The position numbers were made by a program, and so were the translations under genes. A model generated the notes under the pieces. The model saw only the letters and a list, made by a program, of their open reading frames with translations, was not told where the DNA came from and made no database searches. This document shows, piece by piece, positions 1-11,300 of a stretch of 64,000 bases of DNA. How positions within the stretch are numbered: position 1 is the stretch's first letter; every line of letters begins with the position of its first letter. This DNA is from Octopus bimaculoides (Eukaryota), in assembly GCF_001194135.2 (NCBI RefSeq), contig NC_068986.1:95881700-95945699 (forward strand), read 5' to 3'.

Positions 1-1006
1 ACCACCACCAGAAAACCCGATATGCTAGAAACAACAGCTAAATGTCTGGAAAATACTTTTTTCTTCTGATTTAATGACTTTGTTTTTCTTCTGTTTTTTT
101 TTTTTTTAATATAAACGATGTAATTACCCGCAAAAAAAGATCCAAATTTTGTTTTCAGGTGTTTTATATATGTTGTACGATTTCTGAAAAAAGTTCATTT
201 TAAGTTTATATTGAAGATCAGGATTTCAGTAGAAGTTGAGCTGTAATTTTACGCGTGCACACAGCAAAAGAAGATTGCCGAAGGTTTTTTTATTTTTATG
301 CCAAGCCACATATTATTATCATGTTTTGTTTATATAGAAATACCAAATAATAATCCATACTGAAGAGTTTGTCTGTCCTAGAACTATGTTTATCCACAAC
401 TAAATTCTGTGTGAAAGTGTGTTGTGTGTGTGTGTGTGTGTGCGTGCAACAGAAACGTACACAGAAGTTTGGTATCAAAAGAAGTTAATTTAAACATACT
501 TTTCTTAATTCCAAAACATTGCAGGCATGGCTTGTGGTAAAAAGCTTGCTTCTCAACCACATGATTCTAGGGTTCAGTCCCACTGCATGGTACCTTGGGC
601 AAGTGTCTTCTTCTATATAGCCTNNNNNNNNNNTCCATGCTGGCATGGGTTGGACGGTTTGACTGAGGACTGGCAAGCTAGGAAAATCTATTCGGGATTA
701 TTATATATATATTATATCCAGTTATTTTAAAAGGTTGGAAAAAGATATTTTGTTAATATTTTACTTTTACTTCATTTCACTCATACATGCAAAAACTCTA
801 ATGTGTTTTTTTTTAAGATGAATTTATCGTCTATCTCTCTACACTTCGTTACCATTAACTTCTATAACCTCTGCATCTTCACTTATTCATTCCAAACTTC
901 TTTGAATTTTCAATCTAATGTAATCCACACACTCTCGAAAACGTATTTCTGCAAAATATCAACCAAGATTATGGATAAAGAAAGAAATAGCCAAAAATAT
1001 TTGAAG

Positions 1007-1582
1007 ATGGGGGTGAGGTGAAATTTCCGAGGGTTCCACTCCACCTCACCCTGTTTTCCGGACCCAAAAAGGGGTTTTGTAGCATATTAGGAGGTCACCA
1101 GAATTCAGTCAACGGAAAAAAAAAAAATTTCCCATGATTCCAGGATAGGTGGGGGTCCGGTTTCCCACCCACGGCTTTTTTTCGAACAAAAATAAGAGGT
1201 TTTCAGCATATTAGGAGGTCATGGTACTTGATTCCATGCAAAAAATCCGAGTTTTTTTTTTTTCTTAGTGAAAATCGGGCCTGTGAAAAGATCAATGGGG
1301 GTGGAAGGGGAAATTTCCGAGGCTTCCACCTCACTCCACCCCCCGTTTCCCCCCACCACCAAAGGATTTTGTAACATATTAGGTCACCGGATTTCATTCG
1401 ACGAAAAAAGAAATTTCCAATGATTCGGGATATGGGGGGGGGCGGTTCCCACCCCCTTTTTTCCGAGTAAAAATATGGAGTTTGCAGTATATTAGGAGGT
1501 CAAGGTACTTGATTCCACGCAAAAAATCCGAGATGTTTTTTTTTGGGGGGGGGGGGTGAAAATTGTGCGGGTGAAAGAATCA
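1007..1582. repeat. Two tandem diverged units of about 290 bp
   Basis: AAATTTCCGAGG...CATATTAGG...GGTACTTGATTCCA.GCAAAAAATCCGAG occurs at about 1020-1250 and 1310-1530. Confidence 0.75.
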
Positions 1583-1992
1583 AATAATTCCCTTTTTTAC
1601 GTTTTTCCTTAATTTTGCAGGTTATGCATCTCGTTTTACTTGGCCACTTCTGGTATCTTCTGCCTTTCTATCACTGCCAAAATCAATTTCTCTTCCAAAG
1701 AGAGAGTAGATTTTACCTCTTTCCTTAAATTTTTCATTAGAATGCATGGAGAGAATATGTTGTCACAAAAATGTTAAAGCTTTGCTAACGTGATCGATAT
1801 GAGAGTAAACCTGGATTAAATTTCATTTTATACACACTTTGCTATCAATTATATAGAGAATTGCAAACATGGCATGTAAAGATAACTTATTTTAATACAA
1901 TATTTATGTGTGTACATTTCCATAAATCGTTTTCTTGAACACTCACACCAAAATTATTAAATCAAGTGAAAAACGTGACAAAAATAATTGAC

Positions 1993-2071
1993 CCGGAAGA
2001 AGGCCGTAGTCTTTTCGTACCTCTATATAAAGAGAGTAACCGGGAATTTTCAATTCCTTTTCACCGCCATT
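1993..2071 (+). promoter_or_regulatory. RanGAP1 core promoter candidate
   Basis: ETS-like CCGGAAG 1993-1999, TATATAAAG 2024-2032, YY1-like CCGCCATT 2064-2071, locally CpG-richer, about 90-160 nt upstream of the ATG. Confidence 0.55.
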
Positions 2072-2156
2072 CTTTGAAACTTCTTGTCGGGTTTTGCTAG
2101 CTTAAATTTAGTTGGGTCTCCTGGTTTGTTTCTCTTTGCTATTTGTACGCGCTGTT

Positions 2157-2319
2157 ATGTCCTCCCCTTTTGTGTTCAAGTCTGCGGACACGCCGACTAC
2201 ATCGGATCCGAACGATGTTTCCAGTATAACATCATTACTTTCGCAAACTACAGTAGAAGATGAGAAAAACGAGTTAAGCTTCTCTGGCCGGTCTCTGAAA
2301 TTGAACGAGGCTGAAGATG
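2157..2319 (+). CDS. RANGAP1: RanGAP1 coding exon 1 (MSSPFVFKS...[15 protein letters not shown])
   Basis: ATG at 2157; [11 protein letters not shown] matches the RanGAP N-terminus; phase-1 donor GTCCGT at 2320. Confidence 0.88.
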
Positions 2320-5300
2320 GTCCGTATTTTATTTTGTTATTGTCTTGTTATTGTTTTCGTTGCTTTCCTTTCATTCTTAAATCNNNNNNNNNNNNNNNNN
2401 NNNNNNNNNNNNNNNNNNNNNNNNNNNNNNNNNNNNNNNNNNNNNNNNNNNNNNNNNNNNNNNNNNNNNNNNNNNNNNNNNNNNNNNNNNNNNNNNNNNN
2501 NNNNNNNNNNNNNNNNNNNNNNNNNNNNNNNNNNNNNNNNNNNNNNNNNNNNNNNNNNNNNNNNNNNNNNNNNNNNNNNNNNNNNNNNNNNNNNNNNNNN
2601 NNNNNNNNNNNNNNNNNNNNNNNNNNNNNNNNNNNNNNNNNNNNNNNNNNNNNNNNNNNNNNNNNNNNNNNNNNNNNNNNNNNNNNNNNNNNNNNNNNNN
2701 NNNNNNNNNNNNNNNNNNNNNNNNNNNNNNNNNNNNNNNNNNNNNNNNNNNNNNNNNNNNNNNNNNNNNNNNNNNNNNNNNNNNNNNNNNNNNNNNNNNN
2801 NNNNNNNAAAGAGGTCTATCTATATAGAAAACTATTGATTACCTTGTTTTCTTAAATCATACTTGCGAATAACACGTTCAAGGTGTTCATTCACAAGAAT
2901 AGATTTACTAAAGCCTTAAATTAAAAGATCAACGCACATAATCGCCATTCAGGACACCTTGTGAGGACTAACTTCTACTATATATATATAGGCATAACTA
3001 CAGGGTTTTACCCCCCAGACTTTGGGAGGTCATAACTTTCAGAAAAATGAAACCCTGTAGTTATGCCTATATATATATTGTGCGTGTGGAAACAAAATTG
3101 TTTTCGACCGCATTTGAGTAAAAGCTTTTGGCGGACTAAATCTACGTCAGTTGATAAAAGCTTAAAGCTCATAGAATATCATTATTGTATTTATTTGCGT
3201 CCATGTGTGTTTGTGATTATAAATAGAAGGCAACAAATATACGTCATTTGTCTATTCGTAATCATCAGAAGTTATGTTACAGTAGACGTCAATTACTATT
3301 CCTTGGCTGAGGTAAAGAATACGCACACCACCCGTTTTCGGCGTAACCCTGACCCCCAACCACCGGGTGTGCGTATTCTTTATCTTCACCCTATTCCTTC
3401 AGGTATCCGAGTTGTGAATTATAGTAAAGAAGTGTCCTAATTTGTTTTTCAGTGACCGACTCACATATATGTAATCAATATTCGAAGTGAATGCTCGATC
3501 TTAAGTTTCACCTACCCATTGTGCCTCCCACCCGTCTTTGTTTTCTAACTTTCAGAAAAATGGATATTTTTTAATAACATCTTCCACAAATACGCTTCTG
3601 ATGATGTAGATTTCGTTTACATCTGAATTTTTAAGTGCGTAGTGCAAAATAAAATTGAAACAGTCCGTCTTGAGGGCCCTGGGAAGGGCCGGAAGGGAGT
3701 AACAAAATCAAATTTTCGAAATATTTTTTTTATAAGAAGCGCCCCACTCCGAACCATTTAGATGTATTTGGTGGAAATAAAAAATGGAAAAATCCCTGTC
3801 AAAGCAAATAACCCAACGTATGTGTGCGTGCTATTTCAGATCTCCACCCGTAATTTATTGTAAGCATTTTTTCCCGGAGTGGGAAGAGGGGTTTCGAAAA
3901 ATTTACACTAGGCGGTTTTGTTTCTTCATAACTCAGAAAAATGGGCATGTTTAGATGAAACATTCTACAAATACCTTTCAGAGTGTGTAGATTACGATTA
4001 TATCGGAATTTAATGTGGTTAAAAAAAATTGGTTGGTACACAGCATATGTATGTCAACAAAATGAAACTAGAAATTTCGAAAAAAATTGTGATGTCAGTA
4101 TGCACAATTCCTATATAATCGTAATGTAACCGTCTGAAAGGATTTTGTAGAAAACTTCAAAAGTTATGAGGAGACAAAGCCGACATCTGTGAATTTTTCA
4201 CCACAAATTCCGACCTGCAGTAATTTCTCGCCATATCACGGTTCACCACCTATCGCCGTTTATTATTTAAGCTTATGGTATTGTTTTGCATTTATAATAA
4301 AATAAATATATACAAATGAAAATTTTAAAAATATATATATACAGTATAGTACTGTTTCTATTTCGCGGATTTTCAGGTTTAGGAACATAACATCCACGAT
4401 AGTCGAGGAATGACTGTACTCAAAATCTATCTACACCAGTTGAAGTGTATTTCATTAAAAAAAAAACCATCCATTTTTCTGAAAGTTGTGAGGAAACAGT
4501 CGGTGGCAGGGCATGTGTAGGTATGCTGTAACTTGAATAAGCTGAAATTCATGTTCAAATGATTAAGAAATGAGCTTATGGAATTTTTTTCATGACTAAA
4601 TTAACAACATAATTCCAAATATTTAATATTATATAAGTAGTAGACCTTAGTTTAGATCTCTGATGTATTCTATCAAGCAGATTGGTGCTTCTCATCTGGG
4701 CTTTACTTCCTCATAACTTATTGCAAAATGCAATGAAACTTTGTAGAGATACGTATTAAAAGGTTTAGATTACAATTATATTGTTAAAATTTATTTAAAC
4801 AAAATTGATTGAGGCGTTTTGGACTGTTTTCTTCTCACTCTGACTTTGTCACCCATTTTTATCATCCAAATATTTTCCTCTCGGTTTTCAGATTTATATT
4901 TGAAATTTTAGCATTAAGCACACCACAATCTCAAAAGCCATATTTCTGCAAAATATCAGTTAAAAAAATGTGCATAAGAGATAACAAAAGATTTCTCTTT
5001 CAGTGTGTGTATGTATTTCTTTGTAATAAAAGGCATTGGCTGGTGTATGAAAGAAGATCTATGCTGGTATATGTCAAATATGTTATGAATTTGGTGGTGG
5101 AAGCTACCCCTTGATAGACAGTTATTTTACATTTTAGTTAAGAGAGAAGAGACATTGCCCATGATATGAGCAACCAAATGCATTAATTTCTAAACTGTTA
5201 GAAATAAATTTATTTGGTTGCTAATATTAGTGTAGGACCAAAGAAGACTTAAGAAGTAAAGTTAGAAGGGACATGATTTTGAAAGTACACATGCCAGCGC

Positions 5301-8300
5301 CACGTAAAAAGCACCCAGTACCCTCTGTGAAGTGGTTGGCATTACGAAGGGCATCCAGCCATAGAAACCATGCCAAAACAGACAACTAGCACCTGATGTA
5401 GCCTTCAGTCAAACTGTCCAACCCATGCCAGCATGGAGAATGGACATTAAATGCTAATGAAGTGATGAACATATGTGGAGAAATGTTATACAGTGTAATA
5501 TAAACCTTTCAACATAGTATTGGTATTGTAAAGCTGATGTTAAAATAATAATGATACCTATGAACTTTAAATTTTGTCAAATTCTGTAATATTTATTGTT
5601 ATCTTTTTTTCTATATAGCACAAGAAATCATTGATGCAATCAATGATTTCAAGAATATGTGTGTGTTACGTATGGATGGGAATACAGTAGGACTGAATGC
5701 TGCTAAGGCAATTGCAAAGAGTTTGGAAAATCATCCAGAATTTAAAGTAAGTTGTTTGGAAATTACTATTATTATTGTTTTTTAATGTATGAAAAAAATT
5801 TAAAGTGATATGTGGTGTAGACTTGTACCATAGTCAGAAGTCTCACAGAATCATCAGCATCATGGCAGAAATGTTAGCACACCAGGCGAAATGCCTAGTG
5901 GTATTTCGTCTGCTGTTACATTCTGAGTTCAAATTCCAGGTTGACTTTGCTTTTCATCCTTTCGGGGTTGATTAAATAAGTACCGGTTAATCACTGGGGT
6001 CGATGTAATTGACTTAATCCCCTTGTTTGTCCCCTGTATGTTTAGCCCCCTGTGGGCAATAAAGAAATAAATAATAATTATATGGCGTGGGAATGACAGT
6101 GCTAGCGGAAATACACAATAGTTATTAGCTTATCAGTTTCAAGTTCAGAGTTCATATCCTACTGGTGTGGACAGTTACTTTTTCCTTAGAGTCAATAAAA
6201 TAAAGTACCAATCAACTCAATTCGTTATTAGATCCCACCGTATTTATGGCCTTGGATCATCATCATCGTTTAACGTCCGCTTTCCATGCTAGCATGGGTT
6301 GGACGATTTGACTGAGGACTGGTGAAACCGGATGGCAACACCAGGCTCCAATCTAATTTGGCAGAGTTTCTACAGCCGGATGCCCTTCCTAACGCCAACC
6401 ACTCAGAGAGTGTAGTGGGTGCTTTTACGTGTCACCCGCACGAAAACGGCCACGAGAATTTATTGTTATTTTTAGAATCGTTAACACACTGCAAAAAATG
6501 CTTAGTTGTATTTCTTCCAGGTTTATATTCTAAATTCAAATACTGAGGTTGACTTTGCCTTTCATTTCTTTTGGTGTTGATAAAATAAGTACTAGTTAAG
6601 CACTAGCTCGATGTAATCAACTTAGCCATCTACCCCTTAAAATTCTGTAGATTAGCAGAATTGTTAGTGTTGAACAGAATGCTTTGCAGTATTTGCCTGT
6701 TTTTATTATCTGAGCTCAAATTCCACCACGATTAACATTGCCTTTCATCCTTTTAGAGTCAATAAAATTAAGTATCAGTCAAGTACTGGAGTTGATGGCA
6801 TTGACTAACCTCCTCCTAAAATTACTGATCTTTTTCCTAAATTTAAAACAATTATAATAAATTAAAATTTAAAGCAATTATTATTATTATAACTAGTGGC
6901 ACCTGTGAATTTTTCATGGAATTAATTATAAACCTATTGGGTTATTTCTGATAACTTTATCCAAAAAACTGAAAGTGTAGCCTGTGTTGTGTGTGTATGG
7001 AAAGATAGTCGCTCATCTGCAACTCATTGAAATGTGAAAGGAATTGGAATACGATGATTACTTAATGCATTTTGTATATACACTTTATGCACAATTTTAT
7101 AGACTTAATACACACCACTCACAAAATGAATATTCACTCTTATTTTTCCATTTTTCCTATAAACAAAAAAAAAGAATATCCTATACATATGATACAACTT
7201 TTAGTTAAATTGCATATGTCTGCCACGTAAATAAGAATATTTCATGGAATTGCACTTATGCACATGTTAAGTGATAGGTTATATAAAGTCTTAGTTCAAT
7301 TTTTAAAACACACTTTTCACTGTCCAATCACCACTGCCATCACCACCATTTCTCTCCCTCCTCTCTCTCCCTTCTTTCCCTCCTCTCTCCCTCCCTTTAA
7401 TCTCACCATCAGAACATCACCCCTCTGCTAAAATTATTATGTTCCTCCTACCTCACGTCACAGACACTTCTCTCTCTCTTTCTTTCTCACCCTCTTTCTG
7501 TCCCACTCTTTGCCTTATCCTCTTTCTCTCTTTTTTTTTCCTCCTCTCCTTCCCTTCAACTAATCATATGAGAGTGTTACAATTACATTCCCTCTACCTC
7601 ATGTCATGGACACGTCTCCTTCTTTCCTCCCTCCCTCTTTTTTCCTCTCCCTATTTTCTTTCTTCTTCATTTTCTCCAATCACATGAAAGCGTTACCGAC
7701 AGGCTAAGTAATGCAATGACAAGCAGAATTATAATAAGATATTAAAATGCTGTGACATGGCAGAAATAAATTGCTGCCTAAATCCCTTTCCTTAGTTCTG
7801 TACCTCGGTGTTCAAATATGACCAGGTTCACTTTATATTTCATCCCTTTAGTGTCAATAAGTACTAATTATGTTATTCTACCTCCCTCCTTCTCAAATTT
7901 GTAGCCTTTTGCTGGTGGCTATTGATTGGAAGAATCACTAGAGCATTGAACTGAATGTTCTGTGATATTCAGTTTTCCTCTGTACATTATCAGTTCAATT
8001 CCTTCCAAGGTTGATAGAATAAGTATCAGCCAAATACTAGTATGAATACAATGAACTATATCTAACAACCTGAAATATATTAGAAATCATTATAGTCCTT
8101 GTTTTCCATCAGCCATTTCATGCTAATATTAGTGGTACAGGTTTTATAGTTTTATAGATACTTTTATGCTAACCACTGAAGTATGGGTTAAAAGTGGCAC
8201 CTACTTATAGTTAAACAGGCTTGAAGCAAATAAAAATGTGTTTTTTAAGGATGCAATGCAGCAGATTGCACTTAGCCTATAAGTAGGTTGGCATGCCATT

Positions 8301-11300
8301 GTTGTGAAGGCATGTGGCTTAGAGGTTAGGGTGCTCAACACATGATCATAAGGTCTTGGAATCAATTCCCTAGCCTGGGTTGCACATTGTGACCATGAGC
8401 AAAGCTTTTCATTTTACACTGCTCTAGTTTAATTAACTGTAATGTGTGCCAGCTGGGTGGTGGTTGTCTCCCCTGCCCTTCTAACAATCACATCCTAGAT
8501 GTTCCTTTAGGTTAGAGTGGAAGAGCAAAGAGAGTGTCTATGTCTGCTTGCAACTATACCAACATCATCATCGTTTTACTTATTTCATTTTAATATGTTT
8601 GAAAGAAAAGCAAAATCAACCAGAATATGGTGACAGTGGTTCCAACAAAATAATTTGCAACTCAATGAAGCAGGTCTTTGACCAAGGATTTCACTAACTT
8701 CCATTGTAAGTTTTAAATCCTTCTGTGGGCCTCAGACAACAAAATACCCATTCCATTGTTGCCTCCTTTGAAGGATTTGACATTTTCAGTTGTACCCTGA
8801 TAAACCAATGGGTTTGTAAGTTATTTTAGAGAGATCAACGTGTTTGTTGTAGAGTTTGAACTTGTGACCATCCAGCACATTAACCTCCTTGCTACTATGT
8901 ATTTCAAAACTAATTTTAATGTCATTTTTCCTTTACTCCATTTTCTAGAGAGCTCTATGGAGTGATATATTTACTGGACGACTAAGGGAGGAAGTTCCAC
9001 CCTCATTGGTATGTAGAATTTTGTTTCACTATATCTCTTCAGCCCTGTTTTCGTCTCTCTTCAGCCTCCTGTCTTTGTCGTGTTTGAAATAATAATGATG
9101 CTATTGTTATCAGTTTCATTTTCCAATTTCAGTTGTTTCCATTACCACTTATTACACCACTCATATTGTGGGGCCTTAAAATTATGACAGTACCCATTGT
9201 GCAGATTTTGTTAGTGTTTTTCTCTTAATAATTGTGAATAAGAAAAACCGGGGCTTTGTGGTTAAGAAGGTTGCTTCCCACCCATGTGGTCTTGGGTTCA
9301 GTACCACTGTACAGCACTTTGGGCAAGTGTCTTTTACTATAGCCCTTAGCCAACCAAAGTCTTGTAAATAAATTTAATGATGTCTAGACAAGGATACACA
9401 CACATATATTATGTGTGTGTGTGTGTATCCCTGACTAGACTTCATGTAATGGTTGTAAATGAGCATCACCATCATACTAATGAGATTGTTCATTTCCAGT
9501 CTTCTGTGAAAAACAGGTCTGGCCTTGGAGAAATATTATTATACTTGGAAACAGGCAAGGGTTGGTGACAGAGCATCTGGCTGTATAAAATTTGCCTCAA
9601 CAAATTCCATCTGACTTGTGGAAGCATTAAATGCTGATGTATGTGTTTGTCTCTTTGTCTTGACATTGCAGGATGACTGTTAATGGGCATCATCATACGA
9701 ATTGGTGTTGTTTGTTTCCTAGCCTCCGTGAAAACTTGTCAGGTCATGAGGAAATATTAACTTGCTTGGAAACTGGTGGGGGGTTGATGACAAGGAAGGA
9801 ATCTGACCATAGAAAACCACCCTCAACAAGATCCATCTAATCCATGTAAGCATGGAGAAGATGTTAAAACTAACATGATGATTTGGGTGATATAGAAAAT
9901 GGATGCCATTTTGATTGTGATGGGTATAAGCCTGTATTTTCGAGAGATGTAACAAATTTGAGATTTTACTAGTTTGGATACTTTTGTGTGATTTTTTTGC
10001 TTGGGTGTAGTTGTTTGTGACGATATCTAATCAAGAAAACCAATAACCACTTTGTCATTTGTTGGGACTAGTCCTTTTTAAAGGCAAGAACAAGAGATTT
10101 GGCTGCTACTTCTAGCAAATTGGGTATCCATACCATGTTTCTGTTATTGGTTTTTCTGTGTATTGTATCAAAGAAAAGTGGCTTCCACTACTCAGGAAAT
10201 CCTAACTTCATCATCATCATCATTTAACATCTACCTTCCATATTGGCAAGGGTTGGACTTCTGTCTGTTTTTGGCGGGGTTTTTACAAATGCATACCCTT
10301 CCTAATACCAACCACCTAGCAGATTGGACTGAGTGCTTTTTACGTGGCACAAGCACAGTCGAGGTCAGTTTTGGCATGTTTTTACAGCTGGATGCCCTTC
10401 CAAACGCCAGCCACTTTACAATGTGGACTGGATGCTTTTTACATGACATCAGCACTGGCAGGGTCATCAAGTAACTTGCAAGACAAAGACCCTTTGAGAG
10501 GGGAAGGAGAATCTTGTGTCAGATAATGAAAGGTTGTAGTAAGACAGGAACAGGTGTAGAGGAGGTACATGGTTACCTAACCAAAGAGAGAGATTGAAAT
10601 CTGTTGTATTGTGTGCTGCAACAACTATTGAAAGTAACTTTCTGTGTCTGGTCTTCTGTAACTTTGGCCCACTAACCACTAAACCTTGAAATGAGGATGA
10701 CTGTGGTTAATATAGTTTTATCATTTGTATTTTCCAGAAAGCTTTAGGTGCAGGTGTTATGACAGCAGGAGCTCATCTGGTGGAACTAAATCTCAGTGAC
10801 AATGCATTTGGTGCTATTGGTGTGGAAGGAATTGAAGAACTCTTGCTCAGCAGCTGCTGTTATTCTTTGAAAGAGCTTTACCTGAACAATAATGGACTTG
10901 GTATCAGTGGTGGAAAGGTAACTATTTTCTTGTTTGAACATATGAACGCATCTTATGTAATGACACATGTACATAATATCTTACCTTGTTTTCTAATGAC
11001 ATGTCTACAACATCTTGCTTTCTGATATATGAGCATAACATTATGATACATGAACAATGTTACATTGTGATACATGAGCCAAACATGTTACATTGTGACG
11101 TGAACATATTTTATAACACATACTCTACTTACTTGTGCACAAGTTGCACTATTTTATACTTGATTTTAACTGGAAAAACTGGGGTGCAATGTATACATAG
11201 GACGATGTAAAGTTACGAAGGGGGGAAAAATTTTGTACTAAGATTTAACAAGATTATGCACAAGTAAATACAGTAAATCACCTCAATTTAAAAGATGTCA

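Noticed and set aside
1640-1720. Minus-strand STLSLEEKLILAVIERQKIPEVAK resembling a pogo/Tigger helix-turn-helix start
   Set aside because: Too short, no in-frame start and no TIRs found.
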